DNA of 64,000 nucleotides from Planctomycetota bacterium (GTDB taxonomy: Bacteria > Planctomycetota > GCA-002687715 > CAIWVZ01), in NCBI GenBank assembly GCA_044222185.1, contig JBGANV010000001.1:1632001-1696000 (forward strand), in the 5' to 3' direction. Shown here piece after piece: positions 1 to 9,943 of the stretch (its first letter is position 1; each line of letters opens with the position of its first letter). The notes below the pieces were generated by a model. It had not been told where the DNA came from and did no database searches. It saw only the letters and a list, made by a program, of their open reading frames with translations. A program made the translations under genes and the position numbers.

Positions 1-586
1 CGCAAGTCTCGAGGCCGGCGCCGACGTCGTGTGCTTGAGTGGCGACAAGATGCTGGGCGGCCCGCAAGCCGGGATCATCCTCGGACGCAGTGCTCTCGTG
101 AAGGAGTGTCGATCGAGCCCCCTCGCTCGCGCGTTCCGGATCGACAAGCTGCGCGTTGCGGCACTGGAAGCGACCCTCACGTTGTTTCTCGACCCGAAGA
201 CGCTCGACCTGACGCACCCGGTCACCGACATGCTCCGGCGCAAGCCCGCCGACCTGCGCACTCGGGCCGAGGCTCTCGTGCGCGCGGTCGCGGGGTGCTG
301 CCCGCGCGATACCGTGGCGACCATCGTTCCGACGGACTCCGAGGCCGGCAGCGGTGCGCTCCCCGCCCTGCCCATTCCTTCGCTCGCCGTGGCGATCACC
401 TCCCCGCGCATGAGCCCCGATGCGCTCGCGCGCGCCTTGCGCCTCGAGCCCACGCCGTTGTTCACGAAAACCCGGGACGGCCACGTGCTTCTCGACGTCC
501 GCACGCTCGCCGACGACGAGGTGGAACTTGCAGCGACAGTCCTCGCGAGCGCCCTCCGCCGCGATTCGCGCGCGTCGGCGAATTGA
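1..586 (+). CDS. selA: L-seryl-tRNA(Sec) selenium transferase, 3' part (runs off window start)
   Basis: PLP-lysine motif SGDKMLGGPQAGII, then PLARAFRIDKL, EAGSGALP and LLDVRTL; directly followed by tRNA-Sec. Confidence 0.95.
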   Translation, partial: ASLEAGADVVCLSGDKMLGGPQAGIILGRSALVKECRSSPLARAFRIDKLRVAALEATLTLFLDPKTLDLTHPVTDMLRRKPADLRTRAEALVRAVAGCCPRDTVATIVPTDSEAGSGALPALPIPSLAVAITSPRMSPDALARALRLEPTPLFTKTRDGHVLLDVRTLADDEVELAATVLASALRRDSRASAN

Positions 587-611
587 ATCTTCGGGAGCCG
601 GCCGCGATACT
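583..611 (+). promoter_or_regulatory. putative sigma70 promoter for selC
   Basis: TTGAAT (583-588), 17 nt spacer, GATACT (606-611), 13 nt before the tRNA 5' end. Confidence 0.5.
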
Positions 612-624
612 GCGCCCTCCACCC

Positions 625-719
625 GGGAGTGGATCGGTTCCTGGTGGACCGCCCGGTCTTCAAAACCGGTGTGACCGGCAAATAACCGGTCTGGTGGGTT
701 CGATTCCCATGCACTCCCG
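625..719 (+). tRNA. selC: tRNA-Sec (anticodon UCA)
   Basis: Acceptor GGGAGTG/CACTCCC + discriminator G; 6-bp D stem CGGTTC/GGACCG; anticodon stem CCGGT/ACCGG with TCA at 660-662; long variable arm GACCGG/CCGGTC; T loop TTCGATT; CCA not encoded; adjacent to selA. Confidence 0.96.
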
Positions 720-758
720 TCCCGCCGCGGTGCCCGTGTACCGCAAGGAAGTCACGAC

Positions 759-1295
759 ATGCCGAGCGAAATGATCCTGGCGCCCTTCGACGCCATGTGG
801 CGAGAGATCGGGTGCGCCTATCGCGGACTCGAGGTCATCCGGGCGGACCTGAAGAAGCTCCTCGACGGCGTCTCGCAGACCGAGCTGGATCGCGACCCCG
901 GCCACGGCATCCCCACGATCGGCGGGACGCTCTGCCACATCGGGCTCGCCGAAGCGTGGTGGATCGTCGAGATCTGGAAGCGAGAGACGATCCCGTCGTC
1001 GTGGCGCACGCTCTACGAATGCGGTGTCCTCAAGCCGGGCGCCCTGAAGCCGCCCCAAGGCGTGCCTGCGGCGACGGTCTTCGCGTGGCTCGACGAGGTC
1101 CGGGAGTCCACGCGCCTTGCGCTGATGAAACAAACGGACAAGGACATCGACCGCCAGGTCATCGAGACGAAGAAGGGCAAGGCGTCGCTCCGCTGGGTGC
1201 TGCACCACGTCGCCGAACACGAGGCCCATCACCGCGGGCAGATCGCCCTCCTTCGCCGGCTGTTCGACAACCCCGCCGGAGGCCGCCGTGGCTGA
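759..1295 (+). CDS. DinB/YfiT family protein
   Basis: TIGGTLCHIGLAE and WVLHHVAEHEAHHRGQI His triad; AAGGAA RBS-like sequence upstream. Confidence 0.85.
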   Translation: MPSEMILAPFDAMWREIGCAYRGLEVIRADLKKLLDGVSQTELDRDPGHGIPTIGGTLCHIGLAEAWWIVEIWKRETIPSSWRTLYECGVLKPGALKPPQGVPAATVFAWLDEVRESTRLALMKQTDKDIDRQVIETKKGKASLRWVLHHVAEHEAHHRGQIALLRRLFDNPAGGRRG

Positions 1296-1611
1296 CTCCA
1301 AGGAGCGGACCGCGAAGCTCTCGGGCCACGACCTGTCCGTCTACACGGCAACGTGGTGTCCCGACTGCACCCGACTGAAGACGACTCTGCAACGCGAGGG
1401 CCTGAAGCACCGCGTCGTCGACATCGAGTCCGTGGAGGGTGCCGCGGACCGCCTCGTGAACGAGACCGGCAAGCGTGCGATCCCGTTCATCCTCGTGGAC
1501 GACAAGGAATGGGTCCGGGGCTACCACAAGGAGCTACCGCAGCGCCTCGACTACGGATTGCTGCTGACGGAGCTCGAAGCCGCCGTCGCGAAGGTGGGGC
1601 CTCGGCCCTAG
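1288..1611 (+). CDS. glutaredoxin/mycoredoxin-like protein (CPDC)
   Basis: [10 protein letters not shown] active site and GKRAIP cis-Pro loop; GGAGG RBS; overlaps the DinB stop. Confidence 0.85.
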   Translation: MADSKERTAKLSGHDLSVYTATWCPDCTRLKTTLQREGLKHRVVDIESVEGAADRLVNETGKRAIPFILVDDKEWVRGYHKELPQRLDYGLLLTELEAAVAKVGPRP

Positions 1612-2015
1612 GCCGCCACGCACCGCGTCGCAGATGCGTGGCTGACGATGAGCCGCCCGTTTGCATCCCTGAACCGACCCTTGCAGATCGAAATGAGGTC
1701 GACGAGCGCCCAGACGAGGAAGCCGCCGGCCGTCAGCAGCTGGATGACGCCCGTGCCGATCCTTCCGGCGTAGAAGCGGTGGAGGCCGAATGCGCCCGTC
1801 GCGAAACCCAACGCCGCCAGGACGACGGCCACCGGGTACTCCCGCCAGCTGGGGATCTCGGTGGGACCTGCGGCGGCCACCGGGTCAGGCACCGGCGGCG
1901 GGGCTGGCACTCGGGGTGGCGACGGGCGCGGATCCCCGAACGTCGCCGGAGTACCGCAGTTCGGACAGAACGACACCGCCGACGGCACGCTCACCAGACA
2001 TACCGGACATGACAT
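1608..2015 (-). CDS. zinc-ribbon + TM2 domain membrane protein
   Basis: CPVC...FCPNCG, Pro-rich linker, [18 protein letters not shown]2 motif. Confidence 0.85.
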   Translation of the reverse strand: MSCPVCLVSVPSAVSFCPNCGTPATFGDPRPSPPRVPAPPPVPDPVAAAGPTEIPSWREYPVAVVLAALGFATGAFGLHRFYAGRIGTGVIQLLTAGGFLVWALVDLISICKGRFRDANGRLIVSHASATRCVAA

Positions 2016-2197
2016 AGGTCCGCTCCCGACAATGGGCTGGGATTCGACGCAACCGGGGTATTATTCTCCCCGTCGAACGAACGCAACGGAGCCCGAGCCT
2101 GCCCGAGTCGTAGACCCACCTACGCCGACTCCCGCAGGAGCGCGTGGCCGTCGATAACCTTCGTGAAGGGTTGGAAGCTTAGAATCGCGTCCGAAGC

Positions 2198-3937
2198 ATG
2201 AACCGGCGTCTATCAAGTCTCGCTCTCGTGGTCATCGCGTCCCTGGTCGCGGGCTGCGACGTGGACTCCACCACGACCTTCCAGGCCCAGAGTCTCGCGA
2301 CGTCGGTGGACGGGACGCAAGCACTCAACAGCCCCATCGAAGTCACGTTCAACGCTCCGATCGACCCGTCGTCGGTCTCCCCGGAAGCCGTACGCGTACT
2401 CGGCTCCGACGGCCGGCGGCTCGCTACGAGCCTGCGAGTGCGCCGCGAAGCGCTGCTCATCGAGGCGGGCGACGCCGACGGGTGGCCCGCGGACACGCGG
2501 CTTCGCGTGGAGATCCCGCATCCCTGGCTCGGACGTCCGATCACGTCGACGACCGGCCGGCTGAACGGCGCCCCATTCCGGAAGGACGTCACCACAGGTC
2601 ACGCATTCGCGCCCCAGTCGGGGCCGCTTCGCCTGACCGGTGGACACGAGCTCAACGGCGCGACCGAGGTCACTGCCGAGGCCGAATTCTGGTTCGAGTT
2701 CGACGGCGTGATCGACGAGGCATCGCTCGATGCGGGCGTCAAGCTCTGGGACCTCACTCACGCCGAGGACGCCGGTCCGTTCGAAGCACGCGTGCGCCCA
2801 CGTCGCGGGATCTCGGTCATCCCGTTCGGCCGCCAGATCTTCCGCGAAAACACTCAGTACAAGCTCACGCTCACGTCCGCGTTGCGCGCTCGCGACTCGA
2901 GGCGCCTCGCCGCGGACGTCGCCTTCACCTTCGCGACGACGGCGTCACCTTCGGGCCAGCACACGACGGACTTCCGCCCCGCGCACCTGCGCGACGCGTC
3001 GCTCAAGCCGGACGCCGGACCCCTGAAACCGATCATCGGTCCGCCGGTGCCGCTCACGCTGACAGCGAGCGATCGTGATGCGGTCGGCGCGCCCTTCGGC
3101 CGCGAGCCCAGCCGCGTGCAGATTCTGATCCCCGCCGACAGCCTCGGACCGGAGGATGCGCTCGTCACCGGCCTTTCGTTCCGTGTCCAGGGGTTCGATG
3201 CAACGCTCTTCGAGAGCTTGTCCATTCGTGTCGGATACGCCGCTCCCTCTCACCAGGACGGATTGAGCGAAACCTTCGACGACAACTGGAGCCTTCCCAT
3301 GCCGGCACGGGGGCGGGAGCTCCTGAACGCCCATGGCCGGCGATGTCTCGTCGATCCCGGCCGCGAAGGGCTGATCACGTTCGAATTCGCGGAACCGTTC
3401 CTGTACGAGGCGCGCGAGGCGCGATCCGTCCTCGTGGAGGTCACGAACGACGGCGGAATCGCCGCGTCCGAATCGCTCGGATTCGCCTTGCTCGGCGAAC
3501 GACGCGACGAACCTCCGTCCAAGGCGCGGTTCGTCATGTCGACACGGGACTGGGTCCGGTCCGGTGAACGAACCGGATTCGTGCCCATGATGTCGGTGGT
3601 CGTTCAGCGCGAGCAACCCATCGAGTTGAACCCGTGGTCGGCAACGTCCGTCCGCGTCCCGGAGTATTTCTTCCGTCCAGACCGCCTCGACGCGTCGGGA
3701 CGCGAGTTCGCCGACTTCCGAATCGAATTCCGGGCGATCCGGTCGCCCGTCGACCTGAACAGCGCTGACAATCAACGGCAGTGGACCTCGGACGTGCGCA
3801 CCCTGCGCGGCGAGCGCACGATCCAGGCCCGCGTCATCTTCCCGTTGCGGCCGCGCACATCCGGTCGCGAGGACCAGCATGAGGTCGAGATCCGCCGCCT
3901 GACGGTCCCGTACCGCGAAGCGCGGATCCCCCGTTGA
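2198..3937 (+). CDS. lipoprotein with two Ig-like (Big_5/SbsA-type) domains
   Basis: Lipobox LVAGC; IEVTFNAPIDPSSV and FEFDGVIDEASL...YKLTLTSALRA...FTFAT patterns. Confidence 0.7.
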   Translation: MNRRLSSLALVVIASLVAGCDVDSTTTFQAQSLATSVDGTQALNSPIEVTFNAPIDPSSVSPEAVRVLGSDGRRLATSLRVRREALLIEAGDADGWPADTRLRVEIPHPWLGRPITSTTGRLNGAPFRKDVTTGHAFAPQSGPLRLTGGHELNGATEVTAEAEFWFEFDGVIDEASLDAGVKLWDLTHAEDAGPFEARVRPRRGISVIPFGRQIFRENTQYKLTLTSALRARDSRRLAADVAFTFATTASPSGQHTTDFRPAHLRDASLKPDAGPLKPIIGPPVPLTLTASDRDAVGAPFGREPSRVQILIPADSLGPEDALVTGLSFRVQGFDATLFESLSIRVGYAAPSHQDGLSETFDDNWSLPMPARGRELLNAHGRRCLVDPGREGLITFEFAEPFLYEAREARSVLVEVTNDGGIAASESLGFALLGERRDEPPSKARFVMSTRDWVRSGERTGFVPMMSVVVQREQPIELNPWSATSVRVPEYFFRPDRLDASGREFADFRIEFRAIRSPVDLNSADNQRQWTSDVRTLRGERTIQARVIFPLRPRTSGREDQHEVEIRRLTVPYREARIPR

Positions 3938-3963
3938 TGTCGAAGAACCACGAGGAGTGTGAG

Positions 3964-5484
3964 ATGTCTACCTATCGTCGTTTGATCCTTCCGTTCGCGT
4001 TCGCCGGGCTCGCGCTCGCCGTCGCCGCCCAGAACACCGGGCAGCCGACGCTCGCGGCGAAGCCGGATCCCAACGCCAAGCCACAAGAGGCTCCGGCGTC
4101 GCGCCCCGGCCCACTGCCGCCGATCGTCTTCGCGCGTCCACTCCCGACGACGGCGGTGGCTACCATCGACGGCAAGCCCGTCAGCCAGGGCGAACTCCTG
4201 GAGTTCGTCCTGCGCGGCAACATCTCCACGGTCTCGCAAACGCTCGTGCTCGTGAACGTCCTCGCCATCGAGCTCCAGCGCGCAGGCGTCACCGTCACGG
4301 AAGAAGAGATCACGAACGAGCAGAAGAAGATCGTCGAGCGGCTCGCCCCGGGAAAAACTCCCGAAGAGGTCGCCAAGTCTGGCGCCTTCAGCGCTGCCGA
4401 GATGCGGCGTCAGGCATGGCTCGGTCGCGGCTGGGAGAAGCTCTTCCTGAAGGAGAAGAACCTCGACAGCACGCAGACGGCGAATGACCCGAACCAGATC
4501 CTGAAGCAGCTGTTCATGCGCCAGAAGCTCGAGGGGTACGAAGTCCGTCTGCGCGGGCAGAACCCGGGCCCGGAGGCGGGCCTGGTGGCAGAGATCCGAG
4601 CAAAGGCACCGGCCACGGAAGTCGCCAAGGTCACCGGCGACCAGGCGCTCGAGTTCCTCATGGGCCTCGTGAAGCCGGGCTCGCTCCGCGACGCGCTGAA
4701 CGAGGTCATCGACGCGACGCTCATCAATCGCGAACTCGCGAAGACGCAGGCGACCGTGACGGAGGAGGACGTCGAGACGTGGGCGCTCTCGCAGCAGGAG
4801 AAGTACAAGCCGCCGTTCGATTGGCGCATGATCTGCCAGTTCAAGGGCACGACGCCAGACCAGGAGCGTGAGCGGTGGCGCCGCATCCAGGCATGGAAGC
4901 GCGCAACCAGCTACAAGCCAGCGGACGCCGAAATCGAGACCTACCTCAAGGACAACGAGGACTTCTTCAGCGGCCGCAACGTCTCCGTCTCGCACATCCT
5001 CGTGAACACGATCGACCTCGTGACGGGACTCGGCGCGACCGAAGAAGCCGACAAGGCGGCTCGCGCGAAGATCGACGCAATCCGCGAGAAATGCGAAGAA
5101 GGAATCGACTTCGGATGGCTCGCCGAGCGGTACTCGGACGACACCGGAACGGCCAAGAACAAGGGCGCGCTCGCCCAGCCCGTCAAGAAGTTCGGCGGCG
5201 GTCTCGATCCCGATTTCCAACACGTCGCCTGGGAGCTGAAGCCCGGTGACATCTCGAAGCCCGTCAAGTCCCGCTTCGGATATCACATCATCAAGTGCGA
5301 CAAGGTCAGCGACGGCCGCAAGGGCATCGACTACAAGACCCCCACCTACTGGGACTGGATCGTCGACGAATTCGAGACGATGAAGATGAAGTCCTGGGCG
5401 AAGGGCCTCCACGATGCGGCGAAGATCACCACCGTGCCGGACGCCGAGCTCTTCAAGCTGAAGGACATCAAGTTCGCGCCCTGA
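3964..5484 (+). CDS. exported parvulin-type peptidyl-prolyl isomerase (SurA/PrsA-like)
   Basis: Signal peptide; VSHILV, FGWLAERYSDD, ISKPVKSRFGYHIIK rotamase motifs; GAGGAG RBS before ATG 3964. Confidence 0.88.
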   Translation: MSTYRRLILPFAFAGLALAVAAQNTGQPTLAAKPDPNAKPQEAPASRPGPLPPIVFARPLPTTAVATIDGKPVSQGELLEFVLRGNISTVSQTLVLVNVLAIELQRAGVTVTEEEITNEQKKIVERLAPGKTPEEVAKSGAFSAAEMRRQAWLGRGWEKLFLKEKNLDSTQTANDPNQILKQLFMRQKLEGYEVRLRGQNPGPEAGLVAEIRAKAPATEVAKVTGDQALEFLMGLVKPGSLRDALNEVIDATLINRELAKTQATVTEEDVETWALSQQEKYKPPFDWRMICQFKGTTPDQERERWRRIQAWKRATSYKPADAEIETYLKDNEDFFSGRNVSVSHILVNTIDLVTGLGATEEADKAARAKIDAIREKCEEGIDFGWLAERYSDDTGTAKNKGALAQPVKKFGGGLDPDFQHVAWELKPGDISKPVKSRFGYHIIKCDKVSDGRKGIDYKTPTYWDWIVDEFETMKMKSWAKGLHDAAKITTVPDAELFKLKDIKFAP

Positions 5485-5509
5485 GGAAATCAGGCAACCG
5501 AACCGATCG

Positions 5510-5553
5510 AACGACGCGCGGACGGGCCAACCGGACGCGCGTCGCGTCGTTTT
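5510..5553 (+). terminator. possible terminator hairpin
   Basis: AACGACGCG (5510-5518) / CGCGTCGTT (5543-5551) inverted repeat with a short T run; loop is large. Confidence 0.3.
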
Positions 5554-5705
5554 CGGGGTGGATCGTGGCCGGTTACCGGTTCGACAGGTACCCCACCGCG
5601 GAAAGAACGAGCGCGGAGAACGCGACATTTCGACGAAGTCCCGACGAGCACGTGGTTCGAAGCGTCACTCTTGCGGCGTCCCGGATCGATGCCCAGGAGT
5701 GCGAA

Positions 5706-6947
5706 ATGCAATCGAGTCTTCGTGTGTTCGCGGCCGCGGCCTGCGCTGCGGTCGCGGTTTGCGCCCAGTCCCCCATCTTCGCCTTCTCCGCTGCAACGGA
5801 TCAGGCCGCAACGCCGCTGCCGGTGTACGACGAGGAGATCCACGCGTTCACCGGCGCGGGGCGCGCTCCCCTTCTCACGCGCGAGATGCTTGCGGTCCTT
5901 GCGGGTGACGCCAACGGGAATGGTGTCCTCGACGATGTGCCGGCGGACATCGACGCCATCCACGCGACGGCGCTCCCCGAGCCCTCCAACTGGCTCCTGT
6001 CCATCACTGCTGACACACCACTTGCCGGGGTGAACGTGAAGGATGGAGACATCTTCCGTTTCTCGTCGACGGGCGTCGACATCGTCCATCCGGAGTCGTT
6101 GTTCGAGGCCTCCACGGGAACCACGAACGTCGACATCGACGCGTTCGCGGTGAGCCCTGCCGGCGACCTGTACTTCTCGTTCGCAGACGACGAGGCCACG
6201 ACGATCCCGGCCCTGATCACACAGAACGGGGGGGCATCGACGTTGAGCAAGCAGTGCGTGTTCCGCCTCGCGCCTGGGGCTTCGACGGCGACGATTCACC
6301 TCACCCCGCAAACCGCCGTCGCCGTCTTCAACCAGGCGTTCGCCGCGACCGCGACGACCGTCGTGAACGTCACGGACGTGGAGGTCGACCCGGCAAGCCC
6401 GGGTGACCTCCTGTTGACGTGCGCCAGCACGTCAGCGGCATTCCGAGGCAAGGTCGCGCGGACCACGGGCGGCGGCCAGCCCTTCGCCGTCGGGGGGCAG
6501 ACGATCACGCCCGCCGTTCTCGGGTTGTCGTCCACGGCCTCGCTCGATGGGCTCGCGCTCGCGCCGACCACGATCCCCCCCAGTCTCAGGTCGATGCCCA
6601 TGTCGCTGAGCGCCGCCACGCCGTCAGTTGCAAGCCTCCTGACGACAGGGTGGACGCCTGGAGAGGCGATCCAGCTCGTGGCGACCGACGCCGTGTTCCC
6701 CCGGGCTCTGATCACGCCGCTCTCGGGAACCATCGGCAGCCACGCGACTCCCCTGGACGTCGGGAGCCCGATGTTCGCGGCGTCGTTCGGCGTGCCCGCG
6801 TGGCGCGTCACGGCGGACGTTCTCGGGACAGCCAGCTACTCCTTCGATTCCACCGGAATCCCCGCTGGGATCACGGCGATCGTGCAGGCCTTCGGAGTCT
6901 CGAGCCTGGCCCTGTCGACCCCGGCGGTCGTCAGCTTCCGCCCTTGA
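5706..6947 (+). CDS. exported hypothetical protein (DIDA repeats, beta-rich C-terminal domain)
   Basis: AGGAG RBS, signal peptide ending VCA-Q; repeated DIDAI/DIDAF/SLDGL segments suggest a beta-propeller. Confidence 0.7.
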   Translation: MQSSLRVFAAAACAAVAVCAQSPIFAFSAATDQAATPLPVYDEEIHAFTGAGRAPLLTREMLAVLAGDANGNGVLDDVPADIDAIHATALPEPSNWLLSITADTPLAGVNVKDGDIFRFSSTGVDIVHPESLFEASTGTTNVDIDAFAVSPAGDLYFSFADDEATTIPALITQNGGASTLSKQCVFRLAPGASTATIHLTPQTAVAVFNQAFAATATTVVNVTDVEVDPASPGDLLLTCASTSAAFRGKVARTTGGGQPFAVGGQTITPAVLGLSSTASLDGLALAPTTIPPSLRSMPMSLSAATPSVASLLTTGWTPGEAIQLVATDAVFPRALITPLSGTIGSHATPLDVGSPMFAASFGVPAWRVTADVLGTASYSFDSTGIPAGITAIVQAFGVSSLALSTPAVVSFRP

Positions 6948-7078
6948 TCCTGGTCCGGCTCCGCGCGAAGGCCGCGCGGGGTCGGGTGGCGCATCATCGG
7001 CCGTCGCCATAGAATCCGTGGCACTCACGGCGGCGGTGTGCGTCCATGTCCCTCGGACGAAACCGGGTCACGGTACAG

Positions 7079-9943
7079 ATGCCACGAAAACTCGCGGTCC
7101 TGGTCTTGGGTTGCGCTCTCCTCTGCGGCGGAGCCTGGTTCGGACTCCGCCTGCTGGCCGACGACGGTCATGCGATCGCGGACGGCGCGGGAAGGAAGGC
7201 CCGTGCTGCCATCGGTCCTGCGTTCCTCGGACCGGATTCGCGCCCCGAATCGCGCGCCGAAAGCCGGGGCCCGACCCAGCCGCTCACGCTGACCCCGAAG
7301 GACGGCGCGATTCGCGGCCGCGTCGTCGACCACGGCGAGATCCCGGTGAACCACGCCAAGGTCAAGGTCGAACTACGCGTCGCGCCCGGTGAACGGAACT
7401 TCGCGCTGGTGTCGAAGTTCTCGGAGACGGTGAGCGTCGACGACGAAGGAAGGTTCCAGCTCGTCGTTCCCGGTGGTGGTGTCTACCGCGTCGTCGCCGA
7501 GGCCTCTGGCTTCGCCCCCGCGATCAAATCAGGCGTCAAGCCCGGCGACGAGATCGAGCTCGTCGTCGACGTCGGTGCGATGATCCGCGGCACGGTCGTC
7601 GACAAACAGAACCAGCGCGTCGTGGCGGATACGGAGATCATCCTCTTCGTCGAGGGGAGCGAGCTGCGAAAGACGAAGTCGGACGCCCAAGGGGGGTTCG
7701 AGTTGACGGAGCTGCCGAGCGGCAAGGTGATCGTCTCGGCGTTCCACCCGGAATTCGTTCCACAGCCGTCGATCGAACGAACGCTCGAGCCCGGACAGAA
7801 CCTTGCGCTCCCCATCGAGCTCGACGCCGGCAAGTCCATTCGCGGGCAGGTTCTCTCCGCCGACGAACAGCGTCCCATCGAGGGAGCGCAGATCACCGTT
7901 CGCCGCAAGAAGGTGAAGTCGGATTCCTCGGGCCGATTCCTCGTCCGTGGGCTCGAGGCGGAACAGCAGCAACTCGAGGTCGCGGCCGAGGGCTTTCAGG
8001 CCAACCAACGCGAGGTGAATCTCGCTGGCTCCCGGCAGGAGGCGCTGGCAGAAATCCTCCTTCAACGCGGCGCGACGATCCGCGGCAAGGTCACCAGCGA
8101 CTCGGGAGAGCCGCTCGCCGGCGTCGAAATCAAGCTCTACCAATCGTGGGGCGGCGATTGGCTCGAGGAAGACTGGTCGATGCGCCACCTCGACCTGAAA
8201 ACCGGCGAGGACGGCAGCTTCAAGATGACGGGCATCCCGCCCCGCGAATGGGCGCAGCTCGCCGTACGAGCCCGCAAGGAGGGCTACCCCGAGTCCTACG
8301 AGAAGGGCCTGAAGCTCCGGAAGGTCGACGACGAGGCGTTCGTCGTGATCACGATGAAGCGCGGCGCGCTCATCAGCGGTCGCGTCGTGGACCAGGAGAA
8401 CCGCCCGGTCGTCGGAGCTCGAGTCGAGCTTCGGCAGCGCAACACCTACGACTACTGGTACTGGCAGGGAAACGGCGACGACCGCACGAAGATTGCGGGC
8501 ACCAACTCCGACGGTGAGTTCCTCTTCGACACGCTCACTGCCGCCAAGTACAACATCACCGTCCAGGCGCGGGGATTCTCGACGGGCTACAAGAACGACA
8601 TCGACGTCTCGACGGGCGGACAGTCGACGGGAAACATGATCACGGTCGAGGCCGGGAAGCCGCTGAAGGGCTACGTCGTCGATGCCGACGAGAAGCCCGT
8701 CCCCGGTGCGAACGTCCAGGTCTGGACGCAGAAGGGGTCCGGACACGCCGTCGCCGATCCCGAGGGCAAGTTCTCGATCGAATGCATGCCGACCGGTCCC
8801 TATGAAGTCTGGGCCTCGGCGCCGGGATACGCGGGGACGAACCTCCAGAAGCAAGTTGCCGACCCGGAACGGGGGTTGCGCATCCTGCTCAAGAAGCAGG
8901 CGACGCTCTCGGGCACGATCGTCGACGCCGTCACGAAGAAGCCGATCCCGACGGCGCGTGTCGTCCTCAGCACCGAAGACCCACGCCGCGGCGGCCAGCA
9001 GCGCGTCGCGTTCGACAACTACCAGCAAGAGAAGGACGGCAAGTTCCGCGCGCAGGCGGAGGCCGGCGTGTACCGACTGGAAGTCTTCGCGGCCGGCTAC
9101 GTGCGATACCGGAAGGAAGGTGTCGCGCTCGAGGCAGGAAAGGACCCCGAGCCACTCGTCGTCGAAATGAAGAAGGGCGGAGCGATCGAAGGCACGGTCC
9201 GCAAATCGAATGGTCAGCCTGAATCCTGGGTGACGATCTATTCCGCCAAGGACGATGGCGTCGCTCCCTATGGCTCATCCGTACAGAGCGAGGCCGACGG
9301 CTACTTCTACGTCGGCGACCTCGACGCCGGGACGTACAAGCTCGCTTTCCAGCAGGGCGGGGCCTCGATCCTCGTCCAGTCCGGCGTGTACGTGAACGGA
9401 GACAAACCGACCTTCGTCGACGTGCAGCTCGAGACCGGGATCAACCTGTTGGTCGACATCGTCGCCGAGCGCCCGCGCGACGATCAGGAGGTCGTCGCGG
9501 GCGCGTCCACCAACGAAACGGACGGCAGCACCCCACCGCCGCCACAGCAACGCCCCTTCCGCCCCCGCATCCGCGCTTGGGTCGAGTCGGTCGACGGGGC
9601 GCTGCTCGGCTTCAACTGGGAGTGGACGGGGGTCGAAGAGACCTGCAAGCCACAGACACGGCGAGATCTCTGGGTCCCGCGGCAGCCACGCTCGACCGTC
9701 GTCGCACAGGACCTGAGCCCCGGACGCTACGTGCTGCGCGTGACGTGCCCGGGCTTCGAAGACTTCGCGCGCCCCCTCCAGCTCTCGAGCGGTGGACGTC
9801 CGCGCGTGAAAGCCGAGTTGGTACCGCTCCCGAAGGATCTCCGTCCGGCCGGCGTCTACGACAGCAATACGCGGCAGCGCATGCATCGGTGGACCGACGG
9901 AAACGGGGTTTCGCGCACCGTGTACTACGAAGACGACGGCTGA
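7079..9943 (+). CDS. membrane-anchored protein with tandem carboxypeptidase-regulatory-like (prealbumin-fold) repeats
   Basis: N-terminal hydrophobic helix; repeated [IL].G.V.D....P[IV].GA.V...DG.F....L..G.Y.V.A...G[FY] units; start could also be 7046. Confidence 0.85.
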   Translation: MPRKLAVLVLGCALLCGGAWFGLRLLADDGHAIADGAGRKARAAIGPAFLGPDSRPESRAESRGPTQPLTLTPKDGAIRGRVVDHGEIPVNHAKVKVELRVAPGERNFALVSKFSETVSVDDEGRFQLVVPGGGVYRVVAEASGFAPAIKSGVKPGDEIELVVDVGAMIRGTVVDKQNQRVVADTEIILFVEGSELRKTKSDAQGGFELTELPSGKVIVSAFHPEFVPQPSIERTLEPGQNLALPIELDAGKSIRGQVLSADEQRPIEGAQITVRRKKVKSDSSGRFLVRGLEAEQQQLEVAAEGFQANQREVNLAGSRQEALAEILLQRGATIRGKVTSDSGEPLAGVEIKLYQSWGGDWLEEDWSMRHLDLKTGEDGSFKMTGIPPREWAQLAVRARKEGYPESYEKGLKLRKVDDEAFVVITMKRGALISGRVVDQENRPVVGARVELRQRNTYDYWYWQGNGDDRTKIAGTNSDGEFLFDTLTAAKYNITVQARGFSTGYKNDIDVSTGGQSTGNMITVEAGKPLKGYVVDADEKPVPGANVQVWTQKGSGHAVADPEGKFSIECMPTGPYEVWASAPGYAGTNLQKQVADPERGLRILLKKQATLSGTIVDAVTKKPIPTARVVLSTEDPRRGGQQRVAFDNYQQEKDGKFRAQAEAGVYRLEVFAAGYVRYRKEGVALEAGKDPEPLVVEMKKGGAIEGTVRKSNGQPESWVTIYSAKDDGVAPYGSSVQSEADGYFYVGDLDAGTYKLAFQQGGASILVQSGVYVNGDKPTFVDVQLETGINLLVDIVAERPRDDQEVVAGASTNETDGSTPPPPQQRPFRPRIRAWVESVDGALLGFNWEWTGVEETCKPQTRRDLWVPRQPRSTVVAQDLSPGRYVLRVTCPGFEDFARPLQLSSGGRPRVKAELVPLPKDLRPAGVYDSNTRQRMHRWTDGNGVSRTVYYEDDG

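Noticed and set aside
1288-1611. Glutaredoxin next to selC as a selenoprotein
   Set aside because: The active site is encoded as TGT-CCC-GAC-TGC (CPDC), with no in-frame TGA.
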